This document shows positions 8,408 to 17,190 of a stretch of DNA of 64,000 nt, piece by piece (the stretch's first letter is position 1; every line of letters begins with the position of its first letter). The stretch covers positions 64,001 to 128,000 of the IMG/VR virus record IMGVR_UViG_2974782369_000001, one strand, 5' to 3'. A model generated the notes under the pieces. That model searched no databases. It was given only the letters and a program-made list of their open reading frames with translations, and had not been told where the DNA came from. A program made the position numbers and the translations under genes. The stretch comes from a virus. Its lineage: Duplodnaviria; Caudoviricetes.

Positions 8408-8606
8408 GTGTTAGGTCTGTTTCAAGTTTAGTTAGGAGGATATCATAATCCTCATCTACATCACCGTAGAAGTCAACACCTTTCTCCTCATAAAATTTCA
8501 AGACTTTATTATAAAGGTTAGGATACTCGATGTCAAGTGTAATCTGTCTGTTAACTGCATCCCAAAGAATGTCAATGGCAGACGAGAATTTCTGTGCTGT
8601 AGTCAT
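8394..8606 (-). CDS. Hypothetical protein
   Basis: Start placed at MTTAQ after a GAGG Shine-Dalgarno. Confidence 0.7.
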   Translation of the reverse strand: MTTAQKFSSAIDILWDAVNRQITLDIEYPNLYNKVLKFYEEKGVDFYGDVDEDYDILLTKLETDLTLDYA

Positions 8607-8650
8607 AGACTTTACCTCTATTGGACCTAGATGCCACACAATTGTGGCAA

Positions 8651-8857
<207 letters not shown>

Positions 8858-8883
8858 CGGGACTCCCCCTTGACTACCTCGTA

Positions 8884-8927
8884 ATTATAGCAGACCCTTC
8901 AGCAAGGGTCAAGGGGTGTGGTCAGTT
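8884..8927 (-). promoter_or_regulatory. Early promoter TTGACC-17-TATAAT with upstream AACTGACCAC element
   Basis: Direct sequence match. Confidence 0.75.
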
Positions 8928-9382
8928 GGAAAATAGTCCTTACGCATGTATCGACCGAGGATGTTACTGTTGTAATACGCTGGTGTCCCATCTGACATCG
9001 CCTCCGTTAATACATTGTTGATAAAAAGTTGACGGGTCTCTTCAAAGTTTGTGAGTCCCTTACTTTTATGTAGGCTCAAAATGTCTCGTTTGAAGACCAG
9101 ATTCCCGAACCTTTTTCTGTCATCAGATAATTCAGCACTGCTGCCGTAGTATTTTTTCCAGTCACTTTCACTCTTAACTCTCCTGCCACCACCTCTAGGC
9201 TTTCGTAACTGGTGGAAGTATTTTCTACCGATGTATCTTTTCCCAGTGAGTGTATTTGTAATGCAATAGACAAAACCGAAATAGTCGTTAATGTCCTCAG
9301 ATAGAAAAGGGTGTCCGTTAAAAATCCAGGGGTTTTCATAGTCAATTTCTTTTTCATTCGTATTCTCCGTCGTCATCTTCAA
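8909..9382 (-). CDS. GIY-YIG-like endonuclease-domain protein
   Basis: GFVYCITN...YIGRK, YYGSS, YYNSNI. Confidence 0.75.
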   Translation of the reverse strand: MKMTTENTNEKEIDYENPWIFNGHPFLSEDINDYFGFVYCITNTLTGKRYIGRKYFHQLRKPRGGGRRVKSESDWKKYYGSSAELSDDRKRFGNLVFKRDILSLHKSKGLTNFEETRQLFINNVLTEAMSDGTPAYYNSNILGRYMRKDYFPTDHTP

Positions 9383-9506
9383 CGCGAACCTTTCTCACAT
9401 TCTCTTTATCTAGGTAAGATTCAGGATCGCCATAAACTTCTGCTTTGATTTCACCCAAAAGAAATTCAAGATCTCTAATTAAAATTTTTAAATTGTTCTT
9501 ATTCAT
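9354..9506 (-). CDS. Hypothetical 50-aa protein (MNKNNLKILIRDLEFLLGEIKAEVYGD...)
   Basis: Manual translation; has its own promoter immediately upstream. Confidence 0.65.
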   Translation of the reverse strand: MNKNNLKILIRDLEFLLGEIKAEVYGDPESYLDKENVRKVRVEDDDGEYE

Positions 9507-9529
9507 TCCCTATCAACCCTGGCAGTGTT

Positions 9530-9558
9530 ATTCTAGTGTCAAAAACGATACTCGTCAA
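9530..9558 (-). promoter_or_regulatory. sigma70-like promoter TTGACG-17-TAGAAT
   Basis: Direct match; the downstream 25 nt are duplicated at 52884-52908. Confidence 0.65.
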
Positions 9559-9700
9559 GTATCTCTAATACTCTATTGAGCTCATAATGGGCACCCCGAT
9601 GCCACTCTCCTGTTTTATCGGGGTGGTTAAAATTCAATTCATGCTTGAGTTTTAAGACTCTACACTTCAATTCATCTTTTGTTATTGGATTACGAGGCAT
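9539..9700 (-). CDS. Hypothetical protein
   Basis: Start placed at MPRNP, coupled to the talC stop. Confidence 0.7.
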   Translation of the reverse strand: MPRNPITKDELKCRVLKLKHELNFNHPDKTGEWHRGAHYELNRVLEILDEYRF

Positions 9701-10356
9701 TACAGATTCTCCTGTAATGATTTCCAATCCTTATCAAACAACTCAAGTCCTTTGTCTGTCAGCGTGTGATCGTATAGTTTCTGGAAGATGTCATAAGGCA
9801 TAGTGCAAACGTCAGCACCCACTCTAAAGCAAGCGGGTACTTGACGAGCCTCCCTGATAGAAGCAGCAAGGACTTCAGTCTTAACGTTATGTGTTGCATA
9901 CAGATCCGCAATTTCTTCAATGAGTCCGATACCATCCCAATACTGGTCATAGAGACGACCAACAAAGGGAGACACATAGGATGCCCCTGCCTTCGACGCT
10001 AGGATCGCCTGACCCGCTGAGAAGACCAGAGTGACATTCACCTTCATCTCCTCGTCTGAGAGCGCCTTACATGCCTTCAGACCCTCTCTTGTGCATGGTA
10101 CTTTGATCGTAATGTTTGGACTGATCTCCATGTAGTCTTCTGCCATTGTCAGCATCTCACTAGCGGTCTCTCCGACCACCTCAGCAGATACTGATGCATT
10201 CCATGGAAATATATCTGAGATCTCTTTAATGACACTTACTGGATCTTTCCCTGCCTTTTTCATTAGACTGGGATTCGTTGTCACACCATCAATCAACCCT
10301 GTTGAATACGCTTGGGCGATGAGGTCTGGATCAGAGCAGTCTAGAAAGATTTTCAT
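9700..10356 (-). CDS. talC: Transaldolase (TalC/MipB type)
   Basis: IFLD, GVTTNPSL, TIKVP, VNVTLVFS, YVSPFVGRL, LAASIR. Confidence 0.97.
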   Translation of the reverse strand: MKIFLDCSDPDLIAQAYSTGLIDGVTTNPSLMKKAGKDPVSVIKEISDIFPWNASVSAEVVGETASEMLTMAEDYMEISPNITIKVPCTREGLKACKALSDEEMKVNVTLVFSAGQAILASKAGASYVSPFVGRLYDQYWDGIGLIEEIADLYATHNVKTEVLAASIREARQVPACFRVGADVCTMPYDIFQKLYDHTLTDKGLELFDKDWKSLQENL

Positions 10357-10392
10357 GACTCTCCTGCATAGGTTGTACGTATTTAGGATAAC

Positions 10393-10416
10393 AAAAAAGC
10401 ACCCTTACGGGTGCTT
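10393..10416 (-). terminator. Terminator after the YRG-peptide genes
   Basis: AAGCACCC-gtaa-GGGTGCTT plus U-run. Confidence 0.75.
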
Positions 10417-10435
10417 CATGTGCATATCAAGACAA

Positions 10436-10600
10436 TTATTTTTTATTATAGATTGGATCTATATTTAATAATTCATCAAAATATTCGCGCAAGTGAATTT
10501 TGTAACAGGACCAGTATGTTACCCCTCTATATTTGAGTTGGTAACAACTGGGTGGTCTGTTACTAGCATCCATATCATCAAAGTGATATCGATAATCCAT
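10436..10600 (-). CDS. 54-aa protein with a YRGVxY (DUF4278-like) motif
   Basis: MDYRYHFDDMDASNRPPSCYQLKYRGVTYWSCY...; TGATG coupling to the upstream gene. Confidence 0.65.
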   Translation of the reverse strand: MDYRYHFDDMDASNRPPSCYQLKYRGVTYWSCYKIHLREYFDELLNIDPIYNKK

Positions 10601-10764
10601 CACTTATTATAGGTGTGACCGCGATAGCAGAATGTGCCATGAGTTTCTTCAACACCTTGCTTGCACTCATATACTACACCACGATAAGCGGTGTGAGAAA
10701 TTTGTGCATCGTGCAGTGCTGCTGCTTTCTGGATCTGCTTCTTGATCAGAGTAAGTGTGTTCAT
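10600..10764 (-). CDS. DUF4278-like 54-aa peptide (two YRG motifs)
   Basis: MNTLTLIKKQIQKAAALHDAQISHTAYRGVVYECKQGVEETHGTFCYRGHTYNK; AGGAG SD; directly downstream of the riboswitch aptamer. Confidence 0.8.
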   Translation of the reverse strand: MNTLTLIKKQIQKAAALHDAQISHTAYRGVVYECKQGVEETHGTFCYRGHTYNK

Positions 10765-10798
10765 TTGTTTTCTCCTGAAATACTAAGGTTAGTTAAAA

Positions 10799-11012
10799 CC
10801 CGTTCCTTCAGTCGTTTGCGTCCTTGCTATCAAAACAATGGGGATCTGTATGATTAATCCAATGGATTAAGATATCAGATTTTTCAGCGGGAGTGAAAAG
10901 AGTTGTCTCTTGCAGTCCCTGCTTCAACCATTCATAGTCTTCACAGCGAAGATGATTCTCCACTGGGACATGACTAAAAAAGATGAGTGCTAATGATAAC
11001 ATAGGATGAACG
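10799..11012 (-). ncRNA. Glutamine-II (Downstream-peptide) riboswitch-like aptamer 2, split by an ORF in its P2 loop
   Basis: 5' half CGUUCA-UCCU-a-UGUUAUC (11012-10995); 3' half GAUAGCA-AGGA-CGCAAACGACUGAAGGAACGGG (10831-10799). Confidence 0.7.
10808..11002 (-). CDS. 64-aa protein nested inside the riboswitch aptamer
   Basis: GGAG SD 10 nt before the ATG; hydrophobic N-terminus, two Cys; the last codons (DAND-stop) are the conserved aptamer 3' strand. Confidence 0.7.
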   Translation of the reverse strand: MLSLALIFFSHVPVENHLRCEDYEWLKQGLQETTLFTPAEKSDILIHWINHTDPHCFDSKDAND

Positions 11013-11013
11013 C

Positions 11014-11068
11014 TCCGTTCCGCGACTTACTTGCGTCTCACCATCGGAAAGAGAGGGTGAGATGAACG
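11014..11068 (-). ncRNA. Glutamine-II (Downstream-peptide) riboswitch-like aptamer 1
   Basis: CGUUCA-UCUCACC-loop-GGUGAGA-CGCAAGUAAGUCGCGGAACGG; P1 CGUUC/GAACG and a 7-bp P2. Confidence 0.75.
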
Positions 11069-11074
11069 TAAATG

Positions 11075-11088
11075 GTAACTTTCGTTAC
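11075..11088. promoter_or_regulatory. NtcA-box-like palindrome GTA-N8-TAC
   Basis: GTAactttcgtTAC between the ATAAATA promoter and aptamer 1; could instead be a GAAA-tetraloop hairpin. Confidence 0.45.
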
Positions 11089-11093
11089 ACTTA

Positions 11094-11100
11094 TATTTAT
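11094..11100 (-). promoter_or_regulatory. Late promoter ATAAATA
   Basis: Direct match upstream of the riboswitch leader. Confidence 0.55.
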
Positions 11101-11109
11101 GAGAGACTA

Positions 11110-11283
11110 CTATTCTGAAGTAGTTTCGAGTGATACATTTTGCATCGCCTTCTTTTTCTCATTTGCCCAGAGCATCTCGGCAAAGGGATTACCGAATTGC
11201 TCTGTCTTGTCTAGTATAGCATCAAAGGCTGAATCCTGCAAACGTTCCTGCGGTGATGTCTTGTTTGATTCCTCCGACGACAT
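11110..11283 (-). CDS. Possible small protein overlapping the 3' end of nrdB (MSSEESNK...)
   Basis: ORF continues about 110 nt past the nrdB stop and fills the gap to the promoter. Confidence 0.35.
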   Translation of the reverse strand: MSSEESNKTSPQERLQDSAFDAILDKTEQFGNPFAEMLWANEKKKAMQNVSLETTSE

Positions 11284-12385
11284 AAGATTCGATCTCCGTT
11301 TCTTGTGGTGCATTCTGCTGACCCTTAGAGTTGAGCCAGTGCTCAGTCCAGGGCAGAGGATTATTCTTGGCAGGGATGTCGTAGATGGGTTTTAGACCAA
11401 TTGCTTTCATACGACGGTTAGCAATCCACTCAACATAGTTGTTGAGAAGACGATCATTAAGACCGATCATGCTACCATCACGGAAAAGATATTCTGCCCA
11501 ACACTTCTCTTCGTTGACAGTCCTCTTAAACATTTCAATCACATAGTCTTGCTCTTCGTTAGCAATCTGCTGCATTTCAGAATCATCACCTTCACGCCAC
11601 TTGTTAAGAATGTTTTGAGTGATAACAAGATGCTGATTTTCATCACGAGCAATCAGTGAGAGAATCTTTGCGCTACCTTCCATGAGTTTGTTTTCACCGA
11701 AAGCAAACGAGCAGGCGAAGGAAACATAGAAGCGAATACCCTCTAGAATATTCACATTAGCAACTGCACGATACAGTTTACGCTTCAACTCAATGCGCTC
11801 AAAGGTGCCAGCATAGTGACCTTCCTTTGCCAATTCCCACATAGTCCCACCATCATACTGATGAGCAGCTTCAATAAAACTGTCATAAGATTCGGTGACA
11901 GATGCAGCACGCTCTAGAATGTTTTCGTCGTCCAGGATGGTGTCAAACACTTCACTAGGATTGGGATAAACATTCTTGATGATGTGTGTATAAGAGCGAC
12001 TATGAATCATCTCCATAAACTCCCAGACAGTCATACATGCTTCTAACTCAGGGAGTGAGCAGTAAGGGATAAAAGCCATCCCAGGACCACGCCCTTGTAC
12101 AGAATCCAGCATGATCTGGTATTTAAGATTGCTGGTGAAGATGTGCTTCTGCTGCGGTGTAAGTTGTTGATAGTCACTTCGATCCTTTTGGAGGGAGACC
12201 TCCTCAGGTCTCCAGAAGTAACCAAGTTGTTGTTGAGTGAGCCTATCGAAGACAGGATACTTGTATGAATCATAGCGTTGGACGCTGAGGGGAGCACCAA
12301 AAAACATAGGTTGTTTCTTGGTGTCTACTTTCTTTTTGTTAAATACGGTCATTCCTTTTACTTCTTTAGACTTTACAGGACTCAC
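11222..12385 (-). CDS. nrdB: Ribonucleotide reductase class Ia beta subunit
   Basis: FWRPEEV, LDSVQG, EMIHSRSY, LEGIRFY, DENQH. Confidence 0.97.
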   Translation of the reverse strand: MSPVKSKEVKGMTVFNKKKVDTKKQPMFFGAPLSVQRYDSYKYPVFDRLTQQQLGYFWRPEEVSLQKDRSDYQQLTPQQKHIFTSNLKYQIMLDSVQGRGPGMAFIPYCSLPELEACMTVWEFMEMIHSRSYTHIIKNVYPNPSEVFDTILDDENILERAASVTESYDSFIEAAHQYDGGTMWELAKEGHYAGTFERIELKRKLYRAVANVNILEGIRFYVSFACSFAFGENKLMEGSAKILSLIARDENQHLVITQNILNKWREGDDSEMQQIANEEQDYVIEMFKRTVNEEKCWAEYLFRDGSMIGLNDRLLNNYVEWIANRRMKAIGLKPIYDIPAKNNPLPWTEHWLNSKGQQNAPQETEIESYVVGGIKQDITAGTFAGFSL

Positions 12386-14663
12386 AATCTTCCTCCTCCA
12401 ATTGTAGTAGATCTTCGATTAGTTTGTCAACATCACTCGCCTCTTCAATCGGGGCGTCCTTTTTGTTATCATATGTATTTTGATAATAAGAAGTCTTCCA
12501 ACCATACTTGTATGTAGTCAACAAATCTTGTGCCATAATTGACACAGGAATTTCATTGTCTGCATAATTCTCGGGGTTGTATGACCAGTTGCCAGAGATT
12601 GCCTGATCAAAGAATTTCTGCATCACTGCAGTAACTCGAATGTAACCATCATTAGAAGGCATATCCCAAAGAAGGGTGTATGCATTCTTCAGCGTAGTAT
12701 ACTGCGGAACAATCTGCTTAAGGGGTCCCTTCTTACTCTTCTTAATGGACAGGTAGTCTCTAGGAGGCTCGATTCCGTTTGTGGCATTTGACACAACGGA
12801 ACTGCTCTCTGAAGGCATTTGTGCGGACAATGTGCTGTGTCGCAGTCCGTATTGCTGAATGCGCCCACGAAGAAACTCCCAATCACACTTGAGCTCATTT
12901 GCAACGATTTCATCAACCTCTTTCTTATATGTGTCGATAGGCAGAATGCCATCTGCATACTTAGTGCGATCAAAGTAACCACACTTACCTTTCTCCATTG
13001 CCATGGCACAGGATGCACCCAAAAGGGCAAACTGGAAACGCTCAGTCAGATCATGGACAAGTTGCCATGCTTTCGGTTGATCATAGCGAGCATCATTCTT
13101 TGCCAGGTAGTGTGCCAAACCAATGAAACCAATGCCTAGTGAGCGGCGATTCTTGGTGCTCTTCTCTGCTGCCTTGACAGGATACTGCTGATAATCGATA
13201 AGGGCATCCAGACCCCTTACAGCAAGGTCACACAACTCATCCAACTCATCCAGTTGCTTGATCTTGCCAACGTTGATAGCAGACAGGATACACAGAGCAA
13301 TCTCACCACTACCATCGATGTGCTGAATAGGATCTGTGGGCAGGGTGATTTCCTGGCACAGGTTAGACATATTCACCTTGTCTTTGAAAGACGAATGGGT
13401 ATTGCAGTGATCGATATTCATGATGTAAATACGACCAGTCTCTGCTCGCTCTTTCAGCAGGTCTAGGATCAATTCCTGGGCAGCGATTGTCTTACGGGGA
13501 ATAGATTCGTCTTTCTCGTATGTGGTATAGAGAGTGTCGAAAGCATCAGTGCCAAAAGCATCATATAGACCAGGCACGTCATGAGGCGAGAAGAGAGTGA
13601 TACTTTCATTTTTAATAAACCGCTCGTAAAACAGTTTACTGATCTGAATAGAATAGTCAAGCTTACGGACACGATTATCCTCAGTCCCTTTATTATTCTT
13701 AAGGACCAGAATATCTTCTATCTCTTGGTGCCAGATAGGAAAGTGGACAGTCGCTGACCCACCTCGGATGCCGTTTTGTGTGCAGCATCGGACAGTTGCT
13801 TCAAACTTTTTGAGGAAGGGGACCACACCTGTGTGTTGAACCTCTCCGCCTCTGATCTTACTGTTGATGCCACGGATTCTGCCTGCGTTGATACCGATTC
13901 CCGCCCTTTGTGCAACGTATTGGCCAATTGCCATATCAGAGCTAAAGATAGAATCGAGGGTGTCATCAACATCAACAAGAACACAGCTAGCAAATTGTCG
14001 AAGTGGAGTTCGCACTCCTGCCATGACAGGTGTGGGAATGTTGATTTTGTGCTTTGAGATTGCGTTGTAGTATTTTCGGACATAATCTACACGATAGAAG
14101 GGATCGTCATCCTGAAACAGCGTGGCTGCAATCATCATATACATGAATTGTGGAGTCTCATAGATCTCTCCACTGCTACGATCTTGCACTAGATACTTGT
14201 CAACTACTTGACGCATACCTGCATAGGTGAAAAGATAGTCACGCTCATGATCGATGAAACTATTTAACTTCTCCCACTCTTCAGCAGAATACTTTGTTGC
14301 AATTCCACTATCATACACACCGAGTTTGATGCACTTCTCTACATGCTCTTGAAGAGAAGGACGGACATCAGGATGCCCATTATATACCTGCTTCCTCAGT
14401 GCAAACAGAAGAAGACGAGCAGCAACAAATTGATAGTTGGGTGCTTCCAGAGAAATTAGATCATTTGCAGATCGAATAAGAATCTCCTGAATATCTTTCG
14501 TTTCAATCCCATCAAAGAATTGAAGACCTGCATTCATTTCAACTTGTGATTCAGACACACCAGCAAGACCCTTGCAAGCGTGCTCAACCATCACATGAAT
14601 CTTGTCTAGGTTTAGTTTTTCGGTTTCGCCATTTCGTTTGACAACTTTGATACCGTTGCTCAT
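12366..14663 (-). CDS. nrdA: Ribonucleotide reductase class Ia alpha subunit
   Basis: ATP cone, ASC, SNLCQEI, C-terminal CESC; start placed at MSNG. Confidence 0.98.
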   Translation of the reverse strand: MSNGIKVVKRNGETEKLNLDKIHVMVEHACKGLAGVSESQVEMNAGLQFFDGIETKDIQEILIRSANDLISLEAPNYQFVAARLLLFALRKQVYNGHPDVRPSLQEHVEKCIKLGVYDSGIATKYSAEEWEKLNSFIDHERDYLFTYAGMRQVVDKYLVQDRSSGEIYETPQFMYMMIAATLFQDDDPFYRVDYVRKYYNAISKHKINIPTPVMAGVRTPLRQFASCVLVDVDDTLDSIFSSDMAIGQYVAQRAGIGINAGRIRGINSKIRGGEVQHTGVVPFLKKFEATVRCCTQNGIRGGSATVHFPIWHQEIEDILVLKNNKGTEDNRVRKLDYSIQISKLFYERFIKNESITLFSPHDVPGLYDAFGTDAFDTLYTTYEKDESIPRKTIAAQELILDLLKERAETGRIYIMNIDHCNTHSSFKDKVNMSNLCQEITLPTDPIQHIDGSGEIALCILSAINVGKIKQLDELDELCDLAVRGLDALIDYQQYPVKAAEKSTKNRRSLGIGFIGLAHYLAKNDARYDQPKAWQLVHDLTERFQFALLGASCAMAMEKGKCGYFDRTKYADGILPIDTYKKEVDEIVANELKCDWEFLRGRIQQYGLRHSTLSAQMPSESSSVVSNATNGIEPPRDYLSIKKSKKGPLKQIVPQYTTLKNAYTLLWDMPSNDGYIRVTAVMQKFFDQAISGNWSYNPENYADNEIPVSIMAQDLLTTYKYGWKTSYYQNTYDNKKDAPIEEASDVDKLIEDLLQLEEEDCESCKV

Positions 14664-15646
14664 ACTCTCTTCCATTCGGTAAATTTTACTTTTGCTTCTA
14701 ATCCTTGGTAGGTGCTTGATTCTACCAGAAGTCTTACATCATGTCCAGCAAGGACCATATCATTTAAATCCTTTTCAATAAGGTTTATAGGCCAGATAAC
14801 TACCTTATCACCCCTGTCGATTGCGTTCGATATTCGATCACATATCTGTTTGTTACGAGGTTCGTTATCAAAAATATAGACGTGATTCCAATTAAAACTG
14901 GAGATATCAACATCAGCGCCACACATCGCAACTCCGTTGTGGACAAATAGCGAATCGAAGGGACCTTCGACAATGTAGACAGTGGATTCGGGTTTGATTC
15001 GATTGAGTCCATATACTTTAGGTCGATCCTCATCTAGCATGACAGTGATGTATCGCAGGGTATCATTTGGTGTTAATGACCTGCCTTGAAATCCAAACCA
15101 CTTTCCATCTGTGTCAATGAAAGGAATAATAATTCTGGGGTGATCCTTCTTGACATTCTTGAAAGTTGGTTTCTGTTTATTTACCCACTCGCAAAACTTC
15201 TCTGCATAGTAGAATTCCGAAAAATATTCTTCTGGAATACCACGACCAAGGAGATATCCTTTCGCTGGGTGAGAGTTATTTAGCTCGGAAACCTTAGGTA
15301 AATCTGTTTGGCTTTTTACAAATTCTGGTTTGTCAAATTCAAACTTTGGTGCAGCAACGTTTCTCCCCTTACCAGTGAGTCCTGCCTTGTATCTCTCCAT
15401 GACATACTCATCATGAAGGTCGTTAGCATTGTCCTTCAGGAAGTTTGCAAACGATCTCCCTACGCCACAGTTATGGCACTTGAAGACCAGTCCACTCTTC
15501 TTTGCGAAGAAGTATCCACGAGTCTTGTTTTTATACTTCTCCGAGTCCCCACAGTAGGGACAACGAAAAGTGTACACTCCATTCCTTACCTGTTTAAACT
15601 TCTCAAGACGAGAAGAAACTAGGTTGGCATAAATGACATCAATCAA
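14660..15646 (-). CDS. g61: DNA primase gp61
   Basis: CPYCGD...CHNC zinc finger; TOPRIM VEGPFDS. Confidence 0.95.
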   Translation of the reverse strand: MIDVIYANLVSSRLEKFKQVRNGVYTFRCPYCGDSEKYKNKTRGYFFAKKSGLVFKCHNCGVGRSFANFLKDNANDLHDEYVMERYKAGLTGKGRNVAAPKFEFDKPEFVKSQTDLPKVSELNNSHPAKGYLLGRGIPEEYFSEFYYAEKFCEWVNKQKPTFKNVKKDHPRIIIPFIDTDGKWFGFQGRSLTPNDTLRYITVMLDEDRPKVYGLNRIKPESTVYIVEGPFDSLFVHNGVAMCGADVDISSFNWNHVYIFDNEPRNKQICDRISNAIDRGDKVVIWPINLIEKDLNDMVLAGHDVRLLVESSTYQGLEAKVKFTEWKRV

Positions 15647-16071
15647 CCGATAGACCTAACGACCTCAGCGCCCATACTAGCACTCTTGGGGGTGGGAGTC
15701 AAGGACAATCCGATGTTTGGAAGCACTTGTAGGATTGTCACTGCAGTGGTAAGGACAGCACCCGCCATCCAGATCCACTTTTGATTCTCTTCAATCTTTT
15801 TATTCTGCTCATGAAACTTTAGTTTCACGCCCTTATCAATATCAGCGATCTCTTCTTTCAATTCTTCAATCATCTTGATGATGAGTTGGTCTGCTCTCTC
15901 ACTCTCAGCAAGACGATTCTCGTGACGCTCTAGAATAATTGCGACCCTGTTACTATTTTCACTAATAGTCGCAACTGCTCTTTCAAGCTTATCGAGCATT
16001 TCTTTTGAGAGGTCTTCATAGATATCGAGTTTAGATTCAAGTACTGCTAATTTTTGGAGACCGAATGCCAT
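15643..16071 (-). CDS. Coiled-coil protein with a C-terminal TM helix
   Basis: Heptad-rich body followed by WIWMAGAVLTTAVTIL. Confidence 0.75.
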   Translation of the reverse strand: MAFGLQKLAVLESKLDIYEDLSKEMLDKLERAVATISENSNRVAIILERHENRLAESERADQLIIKMIEELKEEIADIDKGVKLKFHEQNKKIEENQKWIWMAGAVLTTAVTILQVLPNIGLSLTPTPKSASMGAEVVRSIG

Positions 16072-16072
16072 C

Positions 16073-16825
16073 TTACCTATCTACAGTCTGTTGAGCACCA
16101 CCAGTTCTTGCTTTCAACTTCAAAGACTGAATCTTTTTCTGAAGTTGCTTCTGCATTTCCATTTTCTTCATTTCAACTTTCTTCTTCTCATTAGCAATCT
16201 GCTGTTGCGTCATCTGCATTTGCATTTGCTTATCGTCCTGCTCTCTCACATTACGAAGTGCTTTCTGACGCTTGTCCATATAGAATTTACCTGCTTCGCC
16301 AGGAAAGATTCTTTCAATCTTAATGTCGCCTCTGTAGCGAGGATTGATAAGAAGACGCATCTTCTGTGCCAACTCTGCAGGAGAGTTTGCGAAGATGATT
16401 GTATCTCCAACCTCAGGAATGCTTACCTTGTATTGGAATAGTCTAGAGGGCATCGTAGGATTCTCTCTAGACTCTGTAGTATATCCTGCTGCAGCATCAG
16501 TGTTGTGCTCGGTGTCAGTGATCTTTGCTTGGACCCAAGCAGGAATATTCTTTTCTTTATTACCTAACTTCTTCTTAAGTGTCTTAATATTTTTCTCTGC
16601 CTTCTTCAACTGTGCCTGCGCCATAGACACTTCATGATCCTTCTCTTCTTTGTGTGTATTACCAGGCATCATAGTGCCATCAGGCATGACGTGGTAACCT
16701 TTCTTTTCTTCTTTCTTTTTATCCTTCAACTTGCGGCGAAACTTCATGACAGGATCATACCCAGCGGTAGGACCAGTTGCTGCGTCCCCGCCAGTGAATC
16801 CAGTTGTCATCATTTCTTCCTTCAT
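16073..16825 (-). CDS. Hypothetical modular protein (putative internal head protein)
   Basis: Lys/Gln/Met-rich; HVMPDGTMM and HEVSMAQ...WVQAKIT modules. Confidence 0.7.
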   Translation of the reverse strand: MKEEMMTTGFTGGDAATGPTAGYDPVMKFRRKLKDKKKEEKKGYHVMPDGTMMPGNTHKEEKDHEVSMAQAQLKKAEKNIKTLKKKLGNKEKNIPAWVQAKITDTEHNTDAAAGYTTESRENPTMPSRLFQYKVSIPEVGDTIIFANSPAELAQKMRLLINPRYRGDIKIERIFPGEAGKFYMDKRQKALRNVREQDDKQMQMQMTQQQIANEKKKVEMKKMEMQKQLQKKIQSLKLKARTGGAQQTVDR

Positions 16826-17184
16826 ATCTTTACCAGATTTTCCTGAATGTCTTCGTCTATCTCCAATTCGGGTAGCATACCCATAGGATATTTATTCAAG
16901 AACACTAAAAAGGTTTTCAACATGCACCAATACTCCCTCTCTAACTTAAAGAAGAGTAATGGTGTAGTCGCTTCGCCAAAAACATTATACAGAATAATGA
17001 GATGGTTAATAATAAGGTGGGTCCTGAGTGACCCACCTTTTAGGTATCTCTTAAACAATCGCTTGAGATACTTAAACCTTTTCATGTCTTCGTCGAAATC
17101 CTCTCTGGTTACACAGTGAGGATTTTCATAATGTTTCATAGCGAAGAGAATGTAGTTTCCTTCATTCAATTCGCTGAAATTCAT
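16822..17184 (-). CDS. Conserved T4-like hypothetical protein
   Basis: AMKHYENP...RFKYLKRL...NHLIILYNVFG. Confidence 0.8.
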   Translation of the reverse strand: MNFSELNEGNYILFAMKHYENPHCVTREDFDEDMKRFKYLKRLFKRYLKGGSLRTHLIINHLIILYNVFGEATTPLLFFKLEREYWCMLKTFLVFLNKYPMGMLPELEIDEDIQENLVKI

Positions 17185-17190
17185 ATATTA

